The position numbers were made by a program, and so were the translations under genes. Below are positions 26,363 to 34,988 of a stretch of 40,000 nucleotides of DNA, piece by piece; positions within the stretch are counted from its first letter, which is position 1, and each line of letters begins with the position of its first letter. Source of the stretch: Paenibacillus tyrfis. Lineage in GTDB: Bacteria > Bacillota > Bacilli > Paenibacillales > NBRC-103111. The stretch lies in contig NZ_JNVM01000047.1 in the NCBI RefSeq assembly GCF_000722545.1, positions 12,767-52,766 on the forward strand. Direction: 5' to 3'. The notes below the pieces were generated by a model. The model saw only the letters and a list, made by a program, of their open reading frames with translations. It was not told the origin of the DNA and did no database searches.

Positions 26363-27335
26363 GTTCGTCCACTCCGGGTCTCGTTTTCCATGGCAGCTTC
26401 ATCAGGTTGATCGGAGGCGACTTGTACGTCGACTGGCCCGTCTCGTCGATGAAGATGTGCAGATGCTGCGGCAGGTTCGTGAAAATGCACGGCAGCGTGC
26501 CGCCCAGCTCCCCGTCCAGGTTCACCTGCACGTAGTCGGGGGACGTCACTTGAATTTGCTTCGTTTGAAGGTAGATCAGGTTCGGGTCGGACAAATGCTC
26601 GCCGCGCAGTGCCAGCGAGACGACGCGGATAAATTCCGCGAGGTTGCATTTGCGCAGGATCAGCACGTCGAACAGACCGTCGCTGAGCGACGCGTCCGGC
26701 GCTAGACGCTCGAAGCCGCCGACGGAGTTGCTGTTCGAGATGAGGAAGAGCATCACTTCCTCGTGCATCTCCACCTCCGCCGTCTTGATGTACAGCTCGA
26801 TCGGGCGCAGCCGCGGCAGCTTCTCCAGCCCTTTCATATAGTAGGCCATCTGGCCGATCATCGTCTTGAGCTTGCTCGGCACCTCATAGGTCAGCTCGGT
26901 CAGCGATCCGCCGCCGGCGATGTTGATGAAGTAGCGCTGGTTCACCTTCCCGACGTCGATCACGCGCGCGTGCTGGCGCAGAATGACATCCACCGCACCT
27001 TCCCAGTTCCGCGGAATGTTCAGCGCCCGGGCAAAATCGTTCGTCGTCCCGAGCGGCAAAATCCCGAGCGGCGGCCGGTTCGGCTTCTCCGCCAAGCCAT
27101 TGATCACCTCGTACAGCGTGCCGTCGCCTCCGGCCGCGATGACGATATCGAACCCCCGTTCCACCGCCTCCGCCGCCGCGAGCGTCGCGTCGCCTTCCCC
27201 AATCGTCGCATGCGTGCTTGTCTCCAGCCCGCCGCGTTCCAGCCGCTGCAAAATTTCCGGCAGCCGCTTCTTCATTTCCTCCCGGCCGGAGGACGGATTA
27301 TATATGAGCCTTGCCCGTTTGGCTTGCTGTGCCAT
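26346..27335 (-). CDS. dagK: Diacylglycerol kinase (DagK, of the YegS/BmrU lipid kinase family).
   Basis: The start [17 protein letters not shown] is typical of the family. Further motifs are [11 protein letters not shown] and [12 protein letters not shown] take the start at M24 of the track ORF, but 27404 is also possible. Confidence 0.85.
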   Translation of the reverse strand: MAQQAKRARLIYNPSSGREEMKKRLPEILQRLERGGLETSTHATIGEGDATLAAAEAVERGFDIVIAAGGDGTLYEVINGLAEKPNRPPLGILPLGTTNDFARALNIPRNWEGAVDVILRQHARVIDVGKVNQRYFINIAGGGSLTELTYEVPSKLKTMIGQMAYYMKGLEKLPRLRPIELYIKTAEVEMHEEVMLFLISNSNSVGGFERLAPDASLSDGLFDVLILRKCNLAEFIRVVSLALRGEHLSDPNLIYLQTKQIQVTSPDYVQVNLDGELGGTLPCIFTNLPQHLHIFIDETGQSTYKSPPINLMKLPWKTRPGVDEHEQEE

Positions 27336-27412
27336 TCTCTCTCTCACCCGTTCACATAAGAAATCGTATGAAAGCATTTTTGACCCTTGGTCGTTTGACC
27401 GCAAAAAAACTG

Positions 27413-28204
27413 CTAAAGCCGCGTTCGCATTCCGTCCTGCATCTTATCGACAAAAGGCTTGATCTGCCGCTCAATCCACCGGGAAATGCCGGGATGCGGC
27501 AGCAGCGCTTCACCGTTGTACCGATACGAATACCCCTGCAACCGCTCCGGGATGACCGCTTCGGTAAAATACCCCTCGCTCAGGAACAGCGGCGCCACAA
27601 TGACCGTATGCCCCGGCTTGCGCTTCCGCCATTGCTCCATCCGGTCTGGAATCTGGTTGGGCAGCAGCATCGCCGAAGCCGCTTCGTCGAAGCCGCCGAG
27701 CCGTTTCAGGCGCTCCGCCAGCCGCTCCAGTCCCCGCCTCCATCGCTGATGGAAGCCGTTCTCGATGCTCCCGTGGCCGACGAGCAGCACCGTTTCGCGT
27801 CCCGGGTCCGTTGACAGCGCTTTGATTTTGGCATAGACGATCTCGGCGATCACCGGGTCGTCGTCGATCGGCGTCGTCAAGTGAATGCGTGCCCGAATAG
27901 CGAACGGCACCATGTCCGTCGGCAGCTGCGGCGCTTTTTTGGCGCCCAGCGCATAAGCGATCTCATCGATATGCGTGCTGCCGGACGAAACGAAGAGCGG
28001 AACGACGACGATATTCGTAACGCCAAGCGACTCTAAGTGCGTGATGCCGTCCTGGATCAGGCTTCCTTCCACAATTTCCAAAAAGGAGGAAAAGACCGGT
28101 ATTTCTGCAGGAAGCCGTACGGCGCCGACCGCCTCGTCCACTAATCGGACCCACGACTCGCTCCGGGACCCGTGACTTATCACTAATATACCGTATTTTA
28201 CCAC
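27413..28204 (-). CDS. CbiX/SirB-family sirohydrochlorin chelatase with two domains.
   Basis: ILVISHGSRS and LLVGHGS mark the two CbiX repeats. I prefer the GTG start at 28204, preceded by GGGAGGGA, which gives about 263 aa. The track ORF extends to 28279. Confidence 0.7.
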   Translation of the reverse strand: MVKYGILVISHGSRSESWVRLVDEAVGAVRLPAEIPVFSSFLEIVEGSLIQDGITHLESLGVTNIVVVPLFVSSGSTHIDEIAYALGAKKAPQLPTDMVPFAIRARIHLTTPIDDDPVIAEIVYAKIKALSTDPGRETVLLVGHGSIENGFHQRWRRGLERLAERLKRLGGFDEAASAMLLPNQIPDRMEQWRKRKPGHTVIVAPLFLSEGYFTEAVIPERLQGYSYRYNGEALLPHPGISRWIERQIKPFVDKMQDGMRTRL

Positions 28205-28358
28205 ACCGTATCCCTCCCGGGGGAAAAAGATCGTGTCCCGCAGCATGGCTTCCAGCCGCACGAACACGAAAAATCCCACTCCACCGACCCGGCGAGAAGG
28301 ATTTGTTCGAGTGCTCCGTTGTAATCGAGTCCGGACGCGGTAAGAGGTAATATTCGTT

Positions 28359-28649
28359 TTACCTTCCCAGGCGCTCCAGCGTCATTTTGTAGCCGTCGTT
28401 GCCGTAGTTCAAGCAGCGCTTGACACGCGAGATCGTAGCCGTGCTGGCGCCGGTCTCCGCTTCAATCTGGTTATAGGTATTGCCCTTGCGCAGCATGCGG
28501 GCAACCTCCAGCCGCTGCGATAGCGACTGAATTTCGTTCACCGTGCACAAGTCGTCAAAAAACACATAACATTCCTCTATATCCTTGAGTGTCAGGATCG
28601 CCTCGAATAATTGGTCGATCGCTTTATCATTTAACTTTTTCAGCTGCAT
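28359..28649 (-). CDS. yerC: YerC/YecD-family TrpR-like protein.
   Basis: At 96 aa, the sequence has the family's characteristic pattern: FFDDLCTVNEIQSLSQRLEVARML...GASTATISRVKRCLNYG. Confidence 0.85.
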   Translation of the reverse strand: MQLKKLNDKAIDQLFEAILTLKDIEECYVFFDDLCTVNEIQSLSQRLEVARMLRKGNTYNQIEAETGASTATISRVKRCLNYGNDGYKMTLERLGR

Positions 28650-28934
28650 TACAAATTTTCAACCCCTTGATGGTCTGCTAAGATCGATGAATTCCCAAGT
28701 CCATAACCTATTTCGACATCTGGGAGTGAATTCCTCCCTTTAAGTTAGCAAAACGTTGCTATTTTTATGCGGTAGCGAACTAAACCGAAACTGGGCAAAA
28801 ATCATAAAAATCGTGACAGGAGTCCAATCCAATCATTCGCCCACCACATACAGTATACTAGGAAACCGCCTATAGAGGAAAGTGCGACAAGGTGAACTTT
28901 GCGACATTACTATGAATAAAAGGGTTGTGAAACG

Positions 28935-29489
28935 ATGAGCTATCCAAGACAAATGATTGGCAACCGAGGCATGGTGCCCTATCCGCGTGCCGTTACGTAC
29001 GCGCACCCGCATGCCGCGCCTCAAGTGTACGCTCCGGGCCAGCAGCAAGTATTTACGAGCAGTCTTACGCCCGCCGCAGGGCTGGGCGCAGGCAATCCTT
29101 ACGGGGATTTCGGAGAATTCGGCGGCGGTAACCCGCTGGCTTTGCAGCCGACGGCCGGGCAGGAGGGAGGCGGTCTTTTTTCCTCTCTGTTCGGAGGCGG
29201 CGGCGCAGCGGGCGCAACGGGCGCGGCTGGGGGCGGTGGAGGCTTTAACGTCGAGCAGGTCAAAGGCGTCATTGACAAGCTCGGCGGTGTGGAAGGCATT
29301 GTAGAAACCTTCAGCAAAATGCAAAAAATGGTGCAGAGCGTTCAGCAATTCGCCCCGATGCTGAAGGTGCTGTTCGGTTCCTTCGGCAAAAAAGATACGG
29401 CCGCCTCTAAGAGCGGGAGCAACAAGTCAGGCAGGAGACGGCGCAGACGCCGGGGAACAACGCAAGGCCGTAGACGGTCGCGCAAATAG
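28935..29489 (+). CDS. Gly/Pro-rich low-complexity protein with an Arg-rich tail, possibly YqfQ/VrrA-like.
   Basis: The ORF is in the track. The C-terminal segment FNVEQVKGVIDKLGG...MQKMVQSVQQFAPMLKVLFG, followed by RRRRRRR, resembles YqfQ-type proteins. The overlapping antisense ORF is judged spurious. Confidence 0.5.
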   Translation: MSYPRQMIGNRGMVPYPRAVTYAHPHAAPQVYAPGQQQVFTSSLTPAAGLGAGNPYGDFGEFGGGNPLALQPTAGQEGGGLFSSLFGGGGAAGATGAAGGGGGFNVEQVKGVIDKLGGVEGIVETFSKMQKMVQSVQQFAPMLKVLFGSFGKKDTAASKSGSNKSGRRRRRRRGTTQGRRRSRK

Positions 29490-29758
29490 CCACCCCAGCC
29501 CTATCGCCCGCTGGCCGCTAGGCTTGAAACAATCTAAACCGGCTGTGCCTGCCGTAGGGATACGGTTTGGGTGCAGCTGGTTTTTGGCTTGTGCCTGCGC
29601 TATGCGCAAGCTTTGCACCCCGCTGCGTACCTTGCTCGAAGCTTGCGTACAAACTTTTGCCATTCCGCCGAATTACTGCTAAACTAAGATAAGTAGTATA
29701 CATCATGTAACCAGCTAACCATAGTATAGATAACAATTGCAAAGGATGTGGAAAACGC

Positions 29759-30766
29759 ATGCTGTTCACTTCTTACCCGCTGCAAAAGCTGACGCTCAAA
29801 AACCGGATTGTCATGTCGCCGATGTGCATGTACTCCTGCTTCGATGAAACCGGCCGCGTCACGGATTGGCACAAAATCCATTATCCGGCCCGCGCCGTGG
29901 GCCAAGTCGGACTCATCATCGTGGAAGCGTCGGCCGTCACCCCTCAGGGGCGCATCTCACCTTACGACCTTGGCATTTGGAGCGACGATCAGGTGCTGGG
30001 CCTGCGCGAGCTGACCGGGCTCGTGCACGGACAAGGCTCCCACATCGGCATCCAGCTTGCCCATGCCGGGCGTAAAGCCGTGCTGGACGGACCGATTCTG
30101 GCGCCGTCGGCGATTCCGTTCGACGACAAGTCGAAAACGCCGGAAGCGATGACCGCGCAGCAGATCGCCGAGACGGTCGAAGCGTTCAAGGCTGCCGCCG
30201 CGCGGGCGAAGGAAGCGGACTTCGACGTCGTCGAGATCCATGCCGCGCACGGCTACCTGATCAATGAGTTCCTGTCGCCGCTGTCGAACCGCCGTGAGGA
30301 CGAATACGGCGGAGACCGCGACGGCCGCTACCGTTTCCTGCGCGAAATTATCGACAGCGTCAAGACCGTGTGGGACGGACCGCTGCTTGTCCGCATCTCT
30401 GCGCACGATTACCATCCGGAAGGCCTCACGCCGGAAGATTACGTCTACTACGCCCGCTTGATGAAAACGCAAGGCGTCGACTTGATCGACGTCAGCTCTG
30501 GCGCCGTCGTCAGTGGTCCACCGAAGGTATATCCGGGTTACCAGGTTCCGTTTGCGGAGCAGATCCGCCGCGGCGCCGACGTACCGACCGGAGCCGTCGG
30601 CTTGATTACGCAGGCCGAGCAGGCGGAGGAGATTTTGCAGAACGGCCGCGCCGACCTGATCTTCCTCGGCCGCGAACTGCTGCGCGATCCGTTCTGGGCC
30701 CGCACCGCCGCCAAGCAATTGCGTGCGGAGCTCGCCCCGCCCAAGCAATATACGCGTAGCTGGTAA
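29759..30766 (+). CDS. namA: NADPH dehydrogenase, an Old Yellow Enzyme of the YqjM/NamA type.
   Basis: Motifs: [14 protein letters not shown] and [19 protein letters not shown]. The length is 335 aa. Confidence 0.9.
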   Translation: MLFTSYPLQKLTLKNRIVMSPMCMYSCFDETGRVTDWHKIHYPARAVGQVGLIIVEASAVTPQGRISPYDLGIWSDDQVLGLRELTGLVHGQGSHIGIQLAHAGRKAVLDGPILAPSAIPFDDKSKTPEAMTAQQIAETVEAFKAAAARAKEADFDVVEIHAAHGYLINEFLSPLSNRREDEYGGDRDGRYRFLREIIDSVKTVWDGPLLVRISAHDYHPEGLTPEDYVYYARLMKTQGVDLIDVSSGAVVSGPPKVYPGYQVPFAEQIRRGADVPTGAVGLITQAEQAEEILQNGRADLIFLGRELLRDPFWARTAAKQLRAELAPPKQYTRSW

Positions 30767-30804
30767 GCCTTAGTCCAGCACGCCAAAGCATGAACCCGAA
30801 CCAC

Positions 30805-30864
30805 AAAAAGCCGGCAGGCTCCCGCGACGCTGTAAGCTCGTCGCAGGGCCGGTCCGGCTTTTTT
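30805..30864. terminator. Bidirectional terminator between the convergent namA and SR1P-like/gap genes.
   Basis: An outer stem aaaaagccgg/ccggcttttt encloses an imperfect GC-rich helix. It has an A-run on one side and a T-run on the other. Confidence 0.7.
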
Positions 30865-30908
30865 CTCATGCTGCTAGTTGATCTGGCTGTTTATATCGAA
30901 CAGGCGCG

Positions 30909-31094
30909 TCAAGCTTCGAAGACGGTGTGCGATCCGGTTGAGGCGACAGCGGACCCGTCCGCTGCCAGGGAGCGTCCCCGGCCGTCCAAGCATTGCTCAT
31001 GACTACACTCGCTGTAATAGACCGTAACTTTTCGCGTATCCTGCGTACCGATGACTTGATGGCAATGCTTGCACAGAATCGTCCCGAGGTGCAC
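30909..31094 (-). CDS. SR1P-like small Cys-rich peptide, a GapA-binding peptide homologue with a C-terminal extension (61 aa).
   Basis: The N-terminus (M)HLGTILCKHCHQVIGTQDTRKVTVYYSECSHEQC aligns by eye with B. subtilis SR1P MGTIVCQDCNEAIHYFEDEKVTTLYGTCCGQCQC. The GTG at 31094 is preceded by GGAG at a 6-nt spacing. The ORF begins 11 nt after the gap stop codon. Confidence 0.6.
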   Translation of the reverse strand: MHLGTILCKHCHQVIGTQDTRKVTVYYSECSHEQCLDGRGRSLAADGSAVASTGSHTVFEA

Positions 31095-31105
31095 TTCCTT
31101 CTCCG

Positions 31106-32152
31106 CTACACGAGGGCTTCTTTCCACGCTTCATCGCTCTCCTTTTTCATGGTTTCGGAAACAACTTTCGCCAAATCCATTACCCGGCTCGCATACGCCC
31201 ATTCGTTATCGTACCAAGCCAGCACTTTGATCTGATCCTCAGCCACCATCAGCGACTGGCCGTCAATAACCGCCGATTGATCGCAGCCAATAAAATCCGA
31301 AGAGACGAGCGGCTCGTTGCTGTAGCCCAAATAGCGGGCCATCGGGCCTTCCGCAGCTTGGCGGAACGCCGCCTGCACTTCCTCCAGGCGAACCGGCCGC
31401 TTCACCTGTACGGTGAGGTCGACCAGCGAAACGTCCGGCGTCGGGACGCGGACCGAGATGCCGTTCACGTGCGGCGCAAGATGCGGCAGCACGTCAATCA
31501 GCGCTTTGCCTACGCCCGTGCTCGTCGGAATGATCGACTGCGTGCAGGCGCGCGCGCGGCGCAAATCGGAATGCGGATTGTCCATGTGCTTCTGGTCGTT
31601 CGTGTACGAATGAACGGTGGTCATCCAGCCGTTCTTCACTTGAAACGCCTGATCCAGCACATGCAGCACGGGAGCGACGCAGTTCGTCGTGCAGGACGCG
31701 GCGGACAGCAGCGTGTGCTCCTTGGCGTTGTAGCGGCTGTCGTTAACGCCCATGACGACCGTCAAATCCATGCGCTTGCCCGGCGCCGTAATCAGCACCT
31801 TGCTCGCGCCCGCCGTCAGGTGCCGCGAAGCGCCTTCCCGGTCGTTGAACTTGCCTGTGGCGTCGATGGCCAGATCCACGCCGAGGTCTTTCCACGAAAT
31901 GGCCGCCGGGTCGCGCTCGAACACGATGCGGATGCGCTTGCCGTTAATGATCAGATCGTTTCCTTCCTCACGGATATCGGCCTTCCATGTTCCATGTATG
32001 GTGTCATATTTGAGCAAATGGGCAATCGTGCCCGCTGGGTATAGTGAGTTAATCGCTTGCAGGCCCATCCCGTTGTCATCCGTATCAAAAGCGCGGCGAA
32101 CCAGCAATCTGCCGATTCTTCCCATCCCGCTTACGCCAATCGTTCCTGTCAT
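31106..32152 (-). CDS. gap: Type I glyceraldehyde-3-phosphate dehydrogenase, a stand-alone paralogue outside any glycolytic operon.
   Basis: Motifs: GMGRIGR, SAASCTTNCVAPV (catalytic Cys) and WYDNEWAY. No cggR, pgk or tpi gene lies adjacent. Confidence 0.9.
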   Translation of the reverse strand: MTGTIGVSGMGRIGRLLVRRAFDTDDNGMGLQAINSLYPAGTIAHLLKYDTIHGTWKADIREEGNDLIINGKRIRIVFERDPAAISWKDLGVDLAIDATGKFNDREGASRHLTAGASKVLITAPGKRMDLTVVMGVNDSRYNAKEHTLLSAASCTTNCVAPVLHVLDQAFQVKNGWMTTVHSYTNDQKHMDNPHSDLRRARACTQSIIPTSTGVGKALIDVLPHLAPHVNGISVRVPTPDVSLVDLTVQVKRPVRLEEVQAAFRQAAEGPMARYLGYSNEPLVSSDFIGCDQSAVIDGQSLMVAEDQIKVLAWYDNEWAYASRVMDLAKVVSETMKKESDEAWKEALV

Positions 32153-32313
32153 TCCGGTACCCCTCCCAAGCTTGCTGTTGGTTTTGCAACGTCTATATAT
32201 ATATTGTATAACATATAATCAAATAGTACACAATAAATATTTTCATTACATTTTTGTGACGACATATAATCCGACACGGAAAGCCTAATCCAACCACAAG
32301 CCGACAAAGAAAA

Positions 32314-32330
32314 AAGCTGCCCGCGGCAGC
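32314..32330. repeat. Left copy of the 17-bp direct repeat aagctgcccgcggcagc. It forms a terminator hairpin with a T-run on the minus strand.
   Basis: This sequence is identical to 34418-34434. Here the hairpin aagctgcc-cgc-ggcagctt is followed on the minus strand by tttttt. Confidence 0.8.
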
Positions 32331-32548
32331 TTCGAGAGTGTTGACAAAGCTCTGTTTTTTTTGAGCTCGTTTGGTACTGGAGACGGTACAGATATTTGCC
32401 CGAACATATAGTAAGGCTAAATGCTCCCATGAATCTCACCGTATGACGAGGTCTTAGGTTGATTTATACATAATATTTACCTAAAATGGGGAAATTATAT
32501 AGGAAAAACTTATATAAATTTACATTTCTGAAAGGGGATAAGTATTGC

Positions 32549-33220
32549 ATGGGTATAAAAATAATCAGGTACTGCGTGCTTCTAGCGCTCCTATTTACTA
32601 CATTCTTTTTCGTTCGGACTCCGAAGATACATGCGCAGCCTGAGCGAATTCCAGAAAAGATGGATCCGGGAACAGTAATCCATTATGTGGCGGATAATAA
32701 ATACGAGGTGCTTGCAAAAGGCATATCCCTTAGCGATCCTGAAGCCGTTCGTCCCCCTGAAAAAAAAGATAAATATTTGCCGCGCGGTAAAAAAGGAGTT
32801 ACTGTCGAATACGGCGTAGACGGAAGACCTTCCTACATGAAAGGAGTATCTTTCGGCGGGGAAAGTCCTGGAAGACCAATGCCATATGCTTTAGGAATTG
32901 TACAACCTGCATCGAAAGATGGCGAGGTTATGGAGGGGAACGTTTCGATGTATGGGTTAGGCGGCTATTCTAAAAACGAACGCGGATTTCCCCTTGATAA
33001 TTTTACATGCGCTACAAATCAGGAGATTGATGATCCCCCTTACGGGAGTACTGTTGTCCTGAAAAATCTTGAAAACGGAAAAGTCGCTTACTTAAAAAAG
33101 AAAGACGTTGGACGACTTCATACAGGCGTTGTGTTAGACATTCGCCCTCACGTATTTGAGAATGTGCTCGGAGTGAACAGAGAACAGGGATGGTTAAAAG
33201 GAGCGTATTTCCATGATTAG
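32549..33220 (+). CDS. Secreted protein with an RlpA-like double-psi beta-barrel (DPBB) domain.
   Basis: A signal peptide, MGIKIIRYCVLLALLFTTFFFV...IHA, is present. The C-terminal region GNVSMYGLGG...TCA...PYGSTVVLKNLENGKVAYLKKKDVG...VLDIRPHVFENVLG matches the RlpA/DPBB pattern. The start at 32549 has AAAGGGGA upstream. Confidence 0.6.
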   Translation: MGIKIIRYCVLLALLFTTFFFVRTPKIHAQPERIPEKMDPGTVIHYVADNKYEVLAKGISLSDPEAVRPPEKKDKYLPRGKKGVTVEYGVDGRPSYMKGVSFGGESPGRPMPYALGIVQPASKDGEVMEGNVSMYGLGGYSKNERGFPLDNFTCATNQEIDDPPYGSTVVLKNLENGKVAYLKKKDVGRLHTGVVLDIRPHVFENVLGVNREQGWLKGAYFHD

Positions 33221-34295
33221 TCAAATGGTGAAGAAAAAATACTTCCTTTGGTGTCCTTTAATCGCGGTATTGGCGATGGCGTTTAGTTACCATGCGGTGA
33301 TGGCAGAAGAGCCCCTCCCTTCAGACCAGTTGTTTATTGTGGCTTCAGATATAAAAGAAGCTACTGACAATGTAAACTTTATTCTTTTTAATTACAGAAC
33401 ACAAGAAACAAACTCCCTTCTCCGAAGGAAAAATACGGTGTTTCCAACCGCGGTATTATCCAGAGATGGAAAAAATCTTTACACGAGCAAGATTCATCAG
33501 ACCGGTGACGACTCTCCCGACTATATTGAATTGTTTGGGTACGCGATGCCGATCAATCCACGAAACATGTCGGAACTTTTGACGGAGCCCACAAAAATTT
33601 GGAATGTAGACTACATGCGGAGCAGTGCGGATAATACCCAAGTATTTATGCGCGTTGTGCAGGCAAAGCGTGATAATGCCCAGCTAGCCGTGTACAATGT
33701 CGATTCAAAAAAAATGAACGTTTGGAACGAAAACGATTCTAATAATGAAATTCACTACTTTGATTATTCTCCTGCTTCGCGTACGATTATCGCACTGGAA
33801 CATTCCCTAGATGAAGAAACGGCTCTTCTTCAACATGCAAATCGGAATCAAGTTGCATTGCCGCCTGTTACCTACCGTGTTGTTCTCTATTCTGAAGATG
33901 GCAGGAAACTTCGTGAGATCGCAACCATAAAAAAGCATATTCTCGATATTTCGATTTCCCCCGATGGAAAGCATGCGTTATTCACAGTAACAGATCAGGT
34001 AAATTCCAATTCTTTCAACTTAGTGTTTAAGCTTAATTTGGAGAGTGGTTCCTACGAAGAAGTTTTTCGTGATACCGATACTTTTAGGAGAATCAAGCAT
34101 GCCCAATACGCTTCAGATGGAAACCGCATCTATTTTTCTGCAATTTTGAAAAATGCCCCTGTGTTGAGTGGTGAGGGGCGCAGAAAAGTTCCTGCCCGTA
34201 ACATTGCCATTTACGACCCGAAAACCAATCAAATGACAAAGGTTTGGTCCATGGAGAAGGGAACAGTCAACCAGTTTCAAGTTTTATATCCGTGA
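33213..34295 (+). CDS. Secreted protein with PD40/TolB-like beta-propeller repeats.
   Basis: A signal peptide is present (KKKYFLWCPLIAVLAMAFSYHAVMA). PD40-like strands include ISISPDGKHALFTV and YASDGNRIYFSA. The gene overlaps the upstream gene by 8 nt, and AAAGGAG lies upstream of the start. Confidence 0.55.
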   Translation: MISQMVKKKYFLWCPLIAVLAMAFSYHAVMAEEPLPSDQLFIVASDIKEATDNVNFILFNYRTQETNSLLRRKNTVFPTAVLSRDGKNLYTSKIHQTGDDSPDYIELFGYAMPINPRNMSELLTEPTKIWNVDYMRSSADNTQVFMRVVQAKRDNAQLAVYNVDSKKMNVWNENDSNNEIHYFDYSPASRTIIALEHSLDEETALLQHANRNQVALPPVTYRVVLYSEDGRKLREIATIKKHILDISISPDGKHALFTVTDQVNSNSFNLVFKLNLESGSYEEVFRDTDTFRRIKHAQYASDGNRIYFSAILKNAPVLSGEGRRKVPARNIAIYDPKTNQMTKVWSMEKGTVNQFQVLYP

Positions 34296-34417
34296 TCAAT
34301 GGATTAAAGCTGAGGTGGGGTATCTACAGGAGGAGCGGTAGCGCTCGTCCTTCTCTGTGGATACCCACCCCTTCGTAACCTCTATTACCTCGATTTGACC
34401 ACTTTCTCAACAAGCTC

Positions 34418-34434
34418 AAGCTGCCCGCGGCAGC
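34418..34434. repeat. Right copy of the 17-bp direct repeat aagctgcccgcggcagc.
   Basis: This sequence is identical to 32314-32330. It lies 20 nt downstream of the stop of the minus-strand GNAT gene. Confidence 0.8.
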
Positions 34435-34453
34435 CTGTTCGATTCATATCAAT

Positions 34454-34906
34454 CTATTCATGATTCCTCATCCATACCATCCGGTACTCTTCCGTCGACG
34501 TCTCTTCGTCGATCATTTCCTCTTCGATGCGGAAGCCTTGCTTCTCATAGAAGCGGACGGCGCGCTCGTTCTGGCGGTACACCTGCAGTCGGATCGCGGT
34601 CCGGTCTTGTTTTACATGGTCGAGCAGTTGCTTGCCCAGCCCTTTCTTGTGATGCCTGCTGTCGATAAACAAGGCGGCCAGGTAGTCGTCCACCATGGAT
34701 ACAAACCCTGCGACATGTCCGTCTTCCTCGATCACAACCGTGTCCGCCATCGGCAAATACTTCGTCTTCATCTCTTCCGCATTCGTCCGCCAATATTCCG
34801 CATCGATAAAAGGATGGGCGGTCAAGGATTCTTGCAGCCACAGCTCAACTAATACATCGAGATCTTGGGGACCGCTCGGTCGGATGCTACTCATTGGATA
34901 GTTCAC
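34454..34906 (-). CDS. GNAT-family N-acetyltransferase.
   Basis: The protein is 150 aa. The acetyl-CoA motif region is HHKKGLGKQLLDHV, and YEKQGF is near the C-terminus. Confidence 0.8.
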   Translation of the reverse strand: MNYPMSSIRPSGPQDLDVLVELWLQESLTAHPFIDAEYWRTNAEEMKTKYLPMADTVVIEEDGHVAGFVSMVDDYLAALFIDSRHHKKGLGKQLLDHVKQDRTAIRLQVYRQNERAVRFYEKQGFRIEEEMIDEETSTEEYRMVWMRNHE

Positions 34907-34988
34907 TCCTGCTTGTTCGTTTTTCGAATCATTTCCATAGCGACGATGCGTGCTTGTTTTCCGGGAAAAAGCCTAACGGCTAACGCGG

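Noticed and set aside
28833-29348. A 171-aa minus-strand ORF overlaps the Gly-rich protein gene.
   Set aside because: It is an antisense shadow frame. The plus-strand product has a YqfQ-like C-terminal segment and a sensible position, although neither frame is strongly supported.
24881-31613. Many long ORFs run antisense to, or overlap, rlmCD, dagK, cbiX, namA and gap. Examples are 24881-25330, 25541-26263, 26763-27359, 29957-30748 and 31277-32044. Similar ORFs occur in 34460-39319.
   Set aside because: They are typical stop-codon-poor shadow frames in ~70% GC DNA. Each lies opposite or over a gene with clear family motifs. Their products are Arg/Pro/Ala-rich low-complexity sequences with no motifs.
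32149-32439. A 96-aa minus-strand ORF upstream of gap.
   Set aside because: It spans the gap promoter region and the terminator hairpin repeat. It has no SD sequence and no motifs, so it is probably non-coding.
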